The translations under genes were made by a program, and so were the position numbers. From the sequence record PP175015.1: DNA of 64,000 bases. One strand, 5' to 3'. Numbering within the stretch: position 1 is the stretch's first letter; every line of letters begins with the position of its first letter. Positions 1 through 9,880 of the stretch are shown here, one piece after another. The notes beneath the pieces are model-generated. The model did not search any database, was not told where the DNA came from, and worked only from the letters and a program-made list of their open reading frames with translations. This DNA comes from Escherichia phage UE-S5a.

Positions 1-259
1 TATCCTTGCAGAATTCTTCAATACTTTTCTTACGCAGAGTCTCAGTCATAGCTGTCTCCTCTGCCAGTTTATTAACAAAGGTATGCATTTCTAATTTAGT
101 ACGGATGGCTTGTTTCTCTGCCATAGTACTTACATATGAATTAAGCATACCTACTGCTTTAGTTGCTGTACCGAATGTATCTGCAACAGTAGTAGCAGCT
201 GAGTTAACAGTACCAAGTAAAGTTCCTGCGGTCATACGTACAGTAGCTTGAGTAGTCAT
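1..259 (-). CDS. hypothetical protein (N-terminal part only; ORF runs off window start)
   Basis: ATG at 259-257 on minus strand preceded by GGAG; frame stays open to position 2; absent from ORF track only because no stop lies inside the window. Confidence 0.4.
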   Translation of the reverse strand, partial: MTTQATVRMTAGTLLGTVNSAATTVADTFGTATKAVGMLNSYVSTMAEKQAIRTKLEMHTFVNKLAEETAMTETLRKKSIEEFCKD

Positions 260-647
260 GATGATAGCTCCAATAGTTGATGATAGGACGACATGTCCAT
301 AACATGCGGAGCATGTGTAACGTGTAAGGTGGGGTAGGGTAGTGGCTACACCGTCAACATACCGGGGGGGCTAGTTGAGTGTAAGGGTGTAGCCCCAGCC
401 ACAACACTGCTGCTGTATATAGCTATCACAATTTTGACATGCAAAAATATTATAGGCACTATCTCTATAAGCAGATAACTTTGAGGTACTAACATGAAAG
501 ATGGTTGGGGTAATTACAATCCTACAGACCCTTAGAACTGGCTTCACTTTATTGCCTGTGCCTTCGCTATAGGATTCATAGGTATTGTACTCTTGTCACC
601 GGTTCTGCCTTATTTATAAATATTATGAGAAGGTATATATCTACCCT

Positions 648-920
648 CTATTTAGTTCTATATAACATCTTCTCTGCTCTATGCCCATTAACTGCTAAGA
701 AGTAGCATGGGCCAGATACATCGGATACCCTATCCCATGGTTCTAGTTTTATGAAGTTAACTATCATATTTCTAAGTAAGCACTCGCCTCTTAACCAGTG
801 ATAGTCTATATCGGAGTGAACATATACAGGTACATTGGGAATATTGTTACATATCCAATTCCATAGTATACCCTCTCCTACATGTAACCTTCCCATATCT
901 GATAGGAAATATAATCTCAT
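648..920 (-). CDS. hypothetical protein
   Basis: 90-aa ORF, tightly packed with neighbouring minus-strand genes (stop/start 920/922). Confidence 0.4.
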   Translation of the reverse strand: MRLYFLSDMGRLHVGEGILWNWICNNIPNVPVYVHSDIDYHWLRGECLLRNMIVNFIKLEPWDRVSDVSGPCYFLAVNGHRAEKMLYRTK

Positions 921-921
921 G

Positions 922-1251
922 CTAATCCTTATAAGCAGTTAAATAGGAGGAAGGAATCTGGGAGAGGATGTGGTCATAGTAATAGCAATATGCTTCACTA
1001 TTGGCAGAGTTTATAGGCATACCTATGTAGTCAAACGCCCACAAACAGAAATGGTTGAGTTCGTGGATGAGTGTATGTAAAGGTTCCCTAAAGATACCAA
1101 TCAATACTCGATTGCCAGAATAAGAAGTATACCCCTTACAACCATCCAAGTCTGGCTCATGCCCTTTAAGTTTCTTATACTTTTTAATGAAGGTATCCTG
1201 GTCGAATACTACTTCTAACTGTACCGGGTAGGGTGATGTGTTTAGTTTCAT
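922..1251 (-). CDS. small HExxH-motif protein (putative zinc metallopeptidase-like)
   Basis: 109-aa ORF containing LIHELNHF (HExxH) with a downstream Glu; start overlaps stop of upstream gene. Confidence 0.4.
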   Translation of the reverse strand: MKLNTSPYPVQLEVVFDQDTFIKKYKKLKGHEPDLDGCKGYTSYSGNRVLIGIFREPLHTLIHELNHFCLWAFDYIGMPINSANSEAYCYYYDHILSQIPSSYLTAYKD

Positions 1252-1719
1252 TAGAGACTCTCGTCGCTAGATAAATATGAGGTAGAAGGATAGAGGGTAA
1301 TAAGTCTACCAGTAAGGGTAGTTACTACCATAGGTTCACTCTCTGACAATATGTACACACTGGTGTGTTCCGGTATTTCTACGGAATCTACTATCTTAAT
1401 GAATTGGATAGGTTGCCCCAACATTAAGCAAGTACCTATGAACACATCTGCATCTTCACTTGGCTCATACAGGATGGTGGTAACTCTCCCCTTACCTGCC
1501 AGGATATTATCCAATGTATGGTATTTCTACGGAATCTACTATCTTAATGAATTGGATAGGTTGCCCCAACATTAAGCAAGTACCTATGAACACATCTGCA
1601 TCTTCACTTGGCTCATACAGGATGGTGGTAACTCTCCCCTTACCTGCCAGGATATTATCCAATGTATATGGAGACAAATAGCAAGTAGTAGCAAAGCTAC
1701 TAAGGCAATACAGATGCAT
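1251..1719 (-). pseudogene. GroES-like co-chaperonin gene split into two ORFs (1507..1719 and 1251..1514) by a 148-bp tandem duplication
   Basis: Both ORFs encode the same LDNILAGKGRVTTILYEPSEDADVFIGTCLMLGQPIQFIKIVDSVEIP segment; C-terminal ILSESEPMVV resembles the GroES C-terminus; duplication length is not a multiple of 3. Confidence 0.4.
1372..1667. repeat. exact tandem duplication, 2 x 148 bp (1372-1519 and 1520-1667)
   Basis: Two 148-nt units compared base by base and found identical; flanks differ. Confidence 0.9.
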
Positions 1720-1722
1720 ATC

Positions 1723-2037
1723 TTACTTCCTTATATAGTAGTAACAGTATTCATCATTTACATACCGACTATCCCATTGGTAGTCATTAGATACCAACAT
1801 ATATGGGATAGGGTCACCTGCACTGTAGTTGGTATAGACAGAGGGTGGAATAATACATACAACCTTACGATCATTACCTGCTAAGAATAGTTGTCCCCTT
1901 ACTTCATGGTAGTCCTCTAAGGTAGGAACCAGGATTACTTGCTGGGGGTTGCTGTTCATTACTTCTTCTAAAGAGAAGTCAGTTGTATACATAGATTCCC
2001 TTTCAGCAAAACTGGGGATGGTCATTATGAATTTCAT
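1723..2037 (-). CDS. hypothetical protein (paralog of 2003..2401 product)
   Basis: ORF track gives 1723..2100; ATG at 2037 has AAGGA RBS about 9 nt upstream; shares EDYHEVRGQLFLAGN-type motif with upstream paralog (EESHEVIGSLFLSN). Confidence 0.4.
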   Translation of the reverse strand: MKFIMTIPSFAERESMYTTDFSLEEVMNSNPQQVILVPTLEDYHEVRGQLFLAGNDRKVVCIIPPSVYTNYSAGDPIPYMLVSNDYQWDSRYVNDEYCYYYIRK

Positions 2038-2401
2038 GATTAATTTTCCTTCCTTTAGGAATAGGTCTGAAGTAAATGGAAAGTGTTTTATTAAAGACAT
2101 TATGGTCAGCTATCAATTCCCAACCAGGTATTTTATAGAACCTAACACCAGGGAAAATCATACTAAAGTCGCTGTAAAAGGAGAGGTCATACACCTTTGG
2201 TTCAGTGAGTATCTTAGTATTGAGTTGCAGGTTGGATAGGAAAAGAGAACCAATAACCTCGTGTGACTCTTCACAGTCAGGTAAGAATACTGTTTGCCAT
2301 GGGGTAATGAACTTACTTACTACTTCTGGTTCCCCAAGGTAATAAGGTTCTTGATTACGAAGTATCCCAGTAATATCAATATCAAAAGCGTAGATGCTCA
2401 T
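2003..2401 (-). CDS. hypothetical protein (paralog of downstream gene)
   Basis: 132-aa ORF, AGGAGG RBS at 2411-2416 upstream of ATG at 2401. Confidence 0.45.
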   Translation of the reverse strand: MSIYAFDIDITGILRNQEPYYLGEPEVVSKFITPWQTVFLPDCEESHEVIGSLFLSNLQLNTKILTEPKVYDLSFYSDFSMIFPGVRFYKIPGWELIADHNVFNKTLSIYFRPIPKGRKINHEIHNDHPQFC

Positions 2402-2417
2402 ATTTGCATACCTCCTG

Positions 2418-2453
2418 AAAAAGAAATGGGGTAGAGCCTCTCGACTCTACCCC
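2418..2453 (-). terminator. hairpin plus T-tract (minus strand) between small genes
   Basis: GGGGTAGAG / CTCTACCCC 9-bp stem (2428-2453) followed on minus strand by ATTTCTTTTT. Confidence 0.45.
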
Positions 2454-2601
2454 TTACCGTTTTCAATCACGGGTCAGTTCATCACCCTAGATACATGTGT
2501 ATCGTTAGCCTACTAGGTAGGAAAGGAGCCGGGTAACCCTGACTGTAGAAGTTATTAACTCTTTACGAGTACCGCCACTGTCTACTAGGCGGCATGACTA
2601 A

Positions 2602-2892
2602 TCACATCGTCACCATCATCCGAACACTATCTTTGCTTCGCCTGACGGAGACACTATGAGGTAATTTTGTGAAGAACACAAGAGCTGAAAGTCTCTTTTC
2701 TAAAGAGTAAGTTTCTCTTGGTTCTAAGATCTTAATGCCTGGACGATTCTCTAACAGCATCATCCCAGCTAATTCATGGTAGGAATCTTCATCATGTGTA
2801 ATGATAATATCATCTGAAAGAATACCAGCCTTGGTATGGTCTAGTTCTTTGTATTCATCTTTGGAGTCGTGGACTCTCATATAGATTCTCAA
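2602..2892 (-). CDS. hypothetical protein
   Basis: 96-aa ORF; start codon uncertain. Confidence 0.35.
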   Translation of the reverse strand: MRIYMRVHDSKDEYKELDHTKAGILSDDIIITHDEDSYHELAGMMLLENRPGIKILEPRETYSLEKRLSALVFFTKLPHSVSVRRSKDSVRMMVTM

Positions 2893-3063
2893 ATGTTACT
2901 CCTTTTAGGAATAGGGTCATCGGAACATTACATACTATTTAGTATCATGAACTTTTTCTATATCATGACTAAAGTGTAACTGTATGGTATGGTTTCTTCA
3001 AGGGGTAACTCACCCCAAGAAAAGAATCTTCTTTAATAGACATAACTTTGTAGCGAGATAAGT

Positions 3064-3753
3064 ATGAGTGAACTAACTAAGCAGCAGATTGTTAATGCCC
3101 TACCTGCTAACTTCAAGAACAGTGTAACCCAGGAGTTGGTGGACACGATCAACAACATTACCCAAGACCAACTGGTTGCTGAGTCCTTCCGTGAAAACTT
3201 TATCTCCTACTCTGGTGTAATGAAGGAAGGTAAGTTTAAGACACAGGATTACATGAATGCAGTTCAGTATGTGACTTACAAACATATGGGCTATTCAAAT
3301 AAGGAAGCCTACTTCAAAACATTCCCTAACCGACAGGCAGAACTTGTAGCACGAGGAACCAGTGAGAAAGATATCAGTGCTTATGTATCTGCTTACCATA
3401 GGGGTAAATTGGTTAACCTCATCATGGAACAAAGTTTGGTTCCAGTGTGGATTGTGAACCAGGACAATTATCAAAAGGCTATCAACGTTCAGGTTGAACT
3501 AATGACCACAGCAGCAAGTGAGAAAGTAAGATGTGATGCAGCTAACTCTATCCTTACTCACTTGGCTAAACCGAAAGACCAGGTAACGAACATCAATCTG
3601 GACTTGAGAGAGAACTCCGGATTAACTGACCTCAAGGCAACACTTGCTGCATTGGCTGAACAGCAGATTAATGCAATCAATAGTGGAGTACCTACTAAAG
3701 AGGTTGCTGGTTCTAAACTAGTACGTGCAGATGAGGACATTACAGATGTCTGA
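3064..3753 (+). CDS. putative terminase small subunit
   Basis: 229-aa ORF immediately upstream of and overlapping the large terminase; position-based call. Confidence 0.4.
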   Translation: MSELTKQQIVNALPANFKNSVTQELVDTINNITQDQLVAESFRENFISYSGVMKEGKFKTQDYMNAVQYVTYKHMGYSNKEAYFKTFPNRQAELVARGTSEKDISAYVSAYHRGKLVNLIMEQSLVPVWIVNQDNYQKAINVQVELMTTAASEKVRCDAANSILTHLAKPKDQVTNINLDLRENSGLTDLKATLAALAEQQINAINSGVPTKEVAGSKLVRADEDITDV

Positions 3754-5335
3754 GTTAATTAAACAGGAACTGGATGAATGGCTGGACCAGGTGGACTACT
3801 CCCACCTTAATTCATCTAACTATGTTCCTAGTCAGTTTGCTCTTACCTTTGCCAACTTTATTAAGTTGGTTAATGGCAAAGAAGGTGAATCCAACAAAAC
3901 ACCTCCAGTTCACTTGAAGATGTTGGATAAGATGATTAGCCCGAACCAGTATGTAGTTAACCTGTGTTTCCGTGGTGCAGGTAAAACTGCTGTGTTCATG
4001 GAGTACTTTACTTTGTTCCTGGCAGTGTTTGGTCATTTACCAAGCCTGGGTAAGGTAGAAGGAATGATTTACGTATCTGACTCAATGGATAACGGTGCTA
4101 AGTCTGCACGTAAGAACATTGAGTTCCGTTACAAGAATAGTGAGTTCCTTCAGCAATGGATACCTGAGGCTACATTTACAGATAACCTTCTGGAGTTCCG
4201 TAATGTAGAAGGACATCGACTTGGTGTTAAGTTGTTTGGTGCTAAGACAGGTCTTCGTGGTACGAAGATATATGGTAAACGTCCAACACTCTGTGTACTG
4301 GATGACTTGATTAGTGATGGTGATGCTAACTCCAAGACAAGCATGGAAGCTATTAAGGATACCGTCTATAAAGGTGTGAACCATGCTCTTGACCCAACCC
4401 GTCGTAAAGTAATTTTCAATGGTACTCCCTTTAATAAGGAAGACATTATCATTGAAGCAGTTGAGTCTGGTGCATGGGATGTCAACGTATGGCCTGTATG
4501 CGAGAAGTTCCCCTGTAGCAGGGAAGAATTTCAGGGTGCATGGGATGACCGTTTCTCTTATGACTATATCAAAGCCCAATACGATATGGCAGTTAAGACG
4601 GGTAAGCTGGCAGGCTTCTATCAGGAACTTATGCTTCGTATTAGTTCTGAAGATGAGAGACTGGTTCAGGATAGTGAAATTAGGTGGTATAGCAGACAAC
4701 AACTATTAAGGATGAAGTCCTGCTACAACTATTACATTACAACTGACTTTGCTACTTCGGAGAAACAGACCAGTGACTACAGTGTCATTTCAGTTTGGGC
4801 TTATAGTTCTAATGGAGATTGGTTCTGGGTTGATGGTGTGGCTAATCGTCAGCTTATGGATAAAAACTTTGATGACTTATTCCGTCTGGTTCAGGAATAC
4901 CAACCACAAAATGTTGGGGTCGAAACCACAGGTCAACAAGGTGGATTCATCTCACTCCTTCAAAAAGAAATGATTAACCGTAATGTCTTCTTTAACTTTG
5001 CATCCTCTGAAGGTGGTAAGCCAGGCATACGTCCTGTAACCTCTAAGCTGTCACGCTTTAACCTGGTAGTTCCATGGTTCAAAGCTGGTAAGATGTACTT
5101 CCCGGAAGAGTTGAGAGATTCAACTATTATGGGTTTGTTCATGGGCCAGATTAAATTAGCTACCATTAATGGAATCAAAGGTAAGGATGACTGTATTGAT
5201 ACTATCTCTATGCTGGGTTATCTCAATCCCTGGAAACCACAGGCAGGTATGACTATGGTGGATAACAAGGGTGACCCGATGTGGGACGATGAAGAAGAAG
5301 ATAGTGTTAACCCCCTACGTTCATATATTGTGTGA
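3746..5335 (+). CDS. terminase large subunit
   Basis: ORF 3725..5335; Walker A-like RGAGKT, ATPase plus nuclease architecture of about 530 aa; likely start ATG 3746 (MSELIKQ) with GAGGA RBS. Confidence 0.8.
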   Translation: MSELIKQELDEWLDQVDYSHLNSSNYVPSQFALTFANFIKLVNGKEGESNKTPPVHLKMLDKMISPNQYVVNLCFRGAGKTAVFMEYFTLFLAVFGHLPSLGKVEGMIYVSDSMDNGAKSARKNIEFRYKNSEFLQQWIPEATFTDNLLEFRNVEGHRLGVKLFGAKTGLRGTKIYGKRPTLCVLDDLISDGDANSKTSMEAIKDTVYKGVNHALDPTRRKVIFNGTPFNKEDIIIEAVESGAWDVNVWPVCEKFPCSREEFQGAWDDRFSYDYIKAQYDMAVKTGKLAGFYQELMLRISSEDERLVQDSEIRWYSRQQLLRMKSCYNYYITTDFATSEKQTSDYSVISVWAYSSNGDWFWVDGVANRQLMDKNFDDLFRLVQEYQPQNVGVETTGQQGGFISLLQKEMINRNVFFNFASSEGGKPGIRPVTSKLSRFNLVVPWFKAGKMYFPEELRDSTIMGLFMGQIKLATINGIKGKDDCIDTISMLGYLNPWKPQAGMTMVDNKGDPMWDDEEEDSVNPLRSYIV

Positions 5336-5341
5336 GGAACC

Positions 5342-6052
5342 ATGCAAAAATTATCGGAAGTATACCGTGGCTTGGCACTAAGTACCTTGAAGGGTACTGG
5401 TGCAGTCACGGATGACAGATTGGGTATTGAGCCTGATAGTAAGCCTGAGATACTGGCAGCTATTAATGAAGGATTGGTTCGACTGCATAGTCGTTTCCCT
5501 CTCAGAACTAATAGTTGTATTGTGGAGATGAAAGAAGGGCGTACCGATTATCCTCTTCAATCCAGATATGCTTACTCCAGATTTACTAAGCCCACTCTTG
5601 AGGTTCAGTATCCATACATCATGGATGGGTTCATGAAACCTTTCCAGGATGATGTTATTAAAATCTTAAATGTATTTGATAACTCAGGGAACCGACGTAG
5701 ACTGAACGATGATTCGGACCCTCGTGCTATCTTCACTCCACGGCCTGATACTATTCAGTGTATGCGTCCTCGACACTTTGAGGCACTTAACGTAATGTAT
5801 CAAGCCAAGCACCCAGTGCTTACGGGTGATGAAGAACAGGAAGTTGATTTAGCTGATACGCTAATGACGGCACTTCATAACTGGGTGGGTTATCGTTACC
5901 ACACCGGTTTGAATACTCCGGAAGCTAACGCTAAAGCAGCAGAGCATCTGCAAACATATGAAAGCATCTGTGGTGAGGTTGTTGATTACGACCTGGCTAA
6001 TGGAAGTATTTCAATTACCGAAACTAAATTTGAACAACGAGGATGGCGATGA
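5342..6052 (+). CDS. hypothetical virion-associated protein
   Basis: 236-aa ORF inside structural operon between terminase and tailspike. Confidence 0.4.
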   Translation: MQKLSEVYRGLALSTLKGTGAVTDDRLGIEPDSKPEILAAINEGLVRLHSRFPLRTNSCIVEMKEGRTDYPLQSRYAYSRFTKPTLEVQYPYIMDGFMKPFQDDVIKILNVFDNSGNRRRLNDDSDPRAIFTPRPDTIQCMRPRHFEALNVMYQAKHPVLTGDEEQEVDLADTLMTALHNWVGYRYHTGLNTPEANAKAAEHLQTYESICGEVVDYDLANGSISITETKFEQRGWR

Positions 6053-9000
6053 ACGCACATACCCCCTTTGATGCAAATCAGGATTGGACCAATCCATATT
6101 GTCATAACAGTTCCAATGACCAAATGGTGGATGCACTGCTTGGTAATGCTTACCATGTGGTTCGTACTGTGTACTGCAACCTGGGTAATCTTAAACTCCT
6201 GTATGATTTCCTGAACCAGTATGGGATGGTCATCGGTGTAAACTCTGAAGAGGAATTGAAGGCATTATCCACGCAGGTTAAATATTCCCGTATCTACGGT
6301 TTCTCCCGTGCAGGTGACCGGCAGGTAACTGATTACTTGTACGTAGAAGGTGATCGTACTGGCATCATCCCAGATGACTCAGAAGCAACTGGTTCGTGGA
6401 TTACTGTTGCTACTTCTGGTTCCAATGGTGGTGGTACTTCTTCCAGTGAAGGTGCTTATATTCCTTGGGTATACAGCAATGGTTCTGCTACTGGTGGGGA
6501 AACCACAATCAACGTACCAGATGGTACGGTGGGTGTACCTTTCATTATTGTTAATGGCGACATGCAGTATGTAGGTCGTGGATTTGAGTTCAACGTAGAC
6601 AGCCTGTCCGTAACTCTGGCTCAACCTTTAGAGGAAGGAGATGAAGTAGTATTCCTTCTGACTGGTGTTCCTGCTGTACCGGATAATCCTAACATTAATG
6701 ACTGGATTCAGATCAATTGGTTGTACAACAATGGTGCTGCTGTAGGGGGTGAGCAGGTTATTGCTATTCCGTATACCTTCCAGTCTATTCCGGCTGTGTA
6801 TAAGAATGGTCTTCGTTTGTATAAAGGATTAACTACTGAGTCTTATACTGCTGACCCAGATAACCAACGTATTTTTCTTACCGAACCACTGACAACCAAT
6901 GATCGTTTGATAGTACAGATTGGTGGTGAAGCACGAGTATTGGAAGCAACAGATCGTACTCTACAGGAAGTGGCTCGTGCGGCTAATGTAAAAGATTCTG
7001 AGGTTATTCTCAGTACTAATACAGTACAATCCTTAAATAACAAAAAAGTTATTTATAATCCCGATAATCAGCAGATTTACGTTATTCCAGAATTACCAAC
7101 TAATGTGTATATATCCAGCGTAGTTGGTAATATCCTTACATATACTCCAGGTAACATTCAGGTTGAGTTACTAACCAAAAAAGAAACTGACCAAAATACC
7201 CTATGGCGTAATCAGGGAGATGTCCGTGGTTGGGGTGTTAAAGGGGACGCTGTGCATGATGATACAGTAGCATTAACGAACGTATTAAACGACACACCAG
7301 TTGGACAAAAGATTAATGGCAATGGGAAGACATATAAGGTCACATCCTTGCCTGATATTAGTCGATTCGTCAACACTCGTTTTGTTTATGAGCGTATTCC
7401 TGGTCAGCCGCTTTATTATGCCTCTGAAGAATTTGTTCAGGGCGAGCTTTTCAAAATAACGGACACCCCTTATTACAATGCGTGGCCACAGGATAAAGCG
7501 TTCGTTTACGATGATGTTATTTACTGCCCGTTCATGGCTAGTGATAGACATGGGGTCAGCAGGCTGCATGTATCCTGGGTTCGTTCAGGGGATGACGGAC
7601 AGACCTGGACAACGCCGGAATGGTTAACCGACCTACATCCTGATTACCCGACAGTTAACTACCACTGTATGAGTATGGGGGTGATGCGTAATCGTCTCTT
7701 TGCGATGATTGAGACACGTACTTTAGCATCTAACGCACTGGTGACCTGTGAGATATGGGACCGTCCTATGTCCCGTAATTACCATCCGACAGGTGGTATC
7801 ACAAAAGCCGCTAATCAGCCTGTGGCTGTAATTACTATTCCTGACCATGGATTGTTTGCCGGAGATTTTGTTAACTTCTCGAACTCTGGGGTGACTGGTG
7901 TTTCGGGGAATATGACTGTAACTTCAGTTATTGACCGCAACACATTTACTGTCACCACGCCAAATCAACAGGAATCTGACCAAAATAACTCTACCAAAGT
8001 CTGGCATATGGGGACATCGTTCCACCAGTCACCTTGGCGTAAAACCAACCTTGGACTGATTCCCATGGTTACCGAGGTTCACAGTTTTACCGCCATCAAT
8101 AATGATTCATTTATGATGGGATATCACCAGGGTGATGCTGCTCCACGTGAAGTTGGTATGCTGTATTTCCCGGATGCATTTAACAATCCTGGGCATTATA
8201 TAAAACGACGTATCCCTGCTGAATATGAGCCAGATGCGGCAGAACCCTGTGTTAAATATTTTGACGGTGTTCTTTATGTTGTAACCCGTGGAACTCGGTC
8301 GGATCGTCTGGGTAGTTCACTACATCGTAGTAACGATTTGGGTATATCCTGGCAATCATTGAGGTTCCCGAATAATGTCCACCACTCCACCCTGCCATTC
8401 GCTAAGGTAGGAAACGAACTCATTCTTTTTGGAACAGAACGTGCGGACAACGAGTGGGAAGCAAACGCACCCGACCAGCGATATTTCAGTTCTTACCCGC
8501 GAACGTTTTACACACGAGTGAACTTAGACACCTGGAATCTGGATAATACTCAGTGGGTGAATATCACTGACCAGATATATCAGGGTGGCATTGTCAACTC
8601 TGGCGTTGGTGTTGGCTCAGTGGTTGTTAAGGATAGTTATATCTATTACATGTTCGGTGGGGAAGACCATCTGAACCCCTGGACATATGGAGATAACTCA
8701 TCGAAAGACCCATTCAAATCAGATGGTCATCCATCAGATTTGTATTGCTACAAAATGAAGATTGGTTCAGACAATCGTGTTTCCAGGGATTTCAGATATG
8801 GTGCTGTACCTGACAGAGCTGTCCCCGTGTTTTTTGATACAAATGGGATTCGCACTGTTCCTGCTCCAATGGAATTTACAGGAGATTTGGGTTTAGGTCA
8901 TGTGACCCTTAGAGCCAGCACCAGTAGTAACATTCGCTCTGAAGTTTTAATGGAAGGTGAGTATGGGTTTATCGGGAAATCTGTACCGACTAATAACCCA

Positions 9001-9696
9001 GCAGGGCAGCGCATCATATTTTGCGGGGGAGACGGAACCAGTTCTTCTACTGGTGCACAGATTACGCTTTACGGTGCGAGCAACACAGCTTCTCGCAGGA
9101 TAGTTTACAACGGAAATGAACATCTGTTTCAGGGTGCTGATGTTAAGCCTTATAACGATAACGTCATTGCGCTTGGTGGACCAAGTAACCGTTTCACCAC
9201 TGCATACCTCGGAAGTAACCCTATTGTTACTTCTAACGGGGAGAAGAAAACAGAGCCGGTAGTTTTTGATGATGCTTTCCTGGATGCCTGGGGTGACGTT
9301 CACTACATCATGTACCAGTGGTTAGATGCTGTTCAACTGAAAGGCAATGATGCTCGTATTCACTTCGGGGTTATTGCTCAACAAATTCGTGATGTATTCA
9401 TTGCACATGGTCTGATGGATGAAAACAGTACGAATTGTCGTTATGCTGTTCTGTGCTATGACAAGTATCCACGGATGACCGATACGGTATTTTCACACAA
9501 TGAAATCGTTGAACACACTGACGAGGAGGGTAATGTCACTACTACGGAAGAACCTGTATACACCGAGGTGGTTATTCATGAAGAGGGTGAGGAGTGGGGT
9601 GTTCGGCCTGACGGAATTTTCTTTGCTGAAGCCGCTTATCAGAGAAGAAAACTGGAAAGAATCGAAGCCAGACTTTCTGCTCTTGAACAGAAGTAA
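6049..9696 (+). CDS. tailspike / tail fibre protein with pectate-lyase-like beta-helix and C-terminal intramolecular chaperone (peptidase S74-like) domain
   Basis: About 1215 aa; GDVRGWGVKGD motif; C-terminal FDDAFLDAWGDVHYIMYQW...RIHFGVIAQQI chaperone signature; ORF track start 6043. Confidence 0.7.
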   Translation: MNAHTPFDANQDWTNPYCHNSSNDQMVDALLGNAYHVVRTVYCNLGNLKLLYDFLNQYGMVIGVNSEEELKALSTQVKYSRIYGFSRAGDRQVTDYLYVEGDRTGIIPDDSEATGSWITVATSGSNGGGTSSSEGAYIPWVYSNGSATGGETTINVPDGTVGVPFIIVNGDMQYVGRGFEFNVDSLSVTLAQPLEEGDEVVFLLTGVPAVPDNPNINDWIQINWLYNNGAAVGGEQVIAIPYTFQSIPAVYKNGLRLYKGLTTESYTADPDNQRIFLTEPLTTNDRLIVQIGGEARVLEATDRTLQEVARAANVKDSEVILSTNTVQSLNNKKVIYNPDNQQIYVIPELPTNVYISSVVGNILTYTPGNIQVELLTKKETDQNTLWRNQGDVRGWGVKGDAVHDDTVALTNVLNDTPVGQKINGNGKTYKVTSLPDISRFVNTRFVYERIPGQPLYYASEEFVQGELFKITDTPYYNAWPQDKAFVYDDVIYCPFMASDRHGVSRLHVSWVRSGDDGQTWTTPEWLTDLHPDYPTVNYHCMSMGVMRNRLFAMIETRTLASNALVTCEIWDRPMSRNYHPTGGITKAANQPVAVITIPDHGLFAGDFVNFSNSGVTGVSGNMTVTSVIDRNTFTVTTPNQQESDQNNSTKVWHMGTSFHQSPWRKTNLGLIPMVTEVHSFTAINNDSFMMGYHQGDAAPREVGMLYFPDAFNNPGHYIKRRIPAEYEPDAAEPCVKYFDGVLYVVTRGTRSDRLGSSLHRSNDLGISWQSLRFPNNVHHSTLPFAKVGNELILFGTERADNEWEANAPDQRYFSSYPRTFYTRVNLDTWNLDNTQWVNITDQIYQGGIVNSGVGVGSVVVKDSYIYYMFGGEDHLNPWTYGDNSSKDPFKSDGHPSDLYCYKMKIGSDNRVSRDFRYGAVPDRAVPVFFDTNGIRTVPAPMEFTGDLGLGHVTLRASTSSNIRSEVLMEGEYGFIGKSVPTNNPAGQRIIFCGGDGTSSSTGAQITLYGASNTASRRIVYNGNEHLFQGADVKPYNDNVIALGGPSNRFTTAYLGSNPIVTSNGEKKTEPVVFDDAFLDAWGDVHYIMYQWLDAVQLKGNDARIHFGVIAQQIRDVFIAHGLMDENSTNCRYAVLCYDKYPRMTDTVFSHNEIVEHTDEEGNVTTTEEPVYTEVVIHEEGEEWGVRPDGIFFAEAAYQRRKLERIEARLSALEQK

Positions 9697-9880
9697 TAAA
9701 CAAAACCATTTTGCCATTAAGTTGGTGGAGGGGTGGATACGGTATTAGTTATGAGAAATCTCCCGTACTTAAGTGTGCATTTCTTCGTCGGCAATTGGAA
9801 AAATTTAAATAATCTTCCAATGTGTACATAAGGATATATTCGGCAAGGACGCCATTAACCAGAAAAACAAAGAGGTTCTT

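Noticed and set aside
6-251. 81-aa + strand ORF at the window start
   Set aside because: Opposite strand carries an open frame with a proper RBS that continues beyond the window; + strand product looks like hydrophobic antisense translation
4082-4702. 206-aa minus-strand ORF inside the terminase large-subunit gene
   Set aside because: Antisense shadow ORF; terminase frame carries the ATPase motifs and consistent coupling with neighbours
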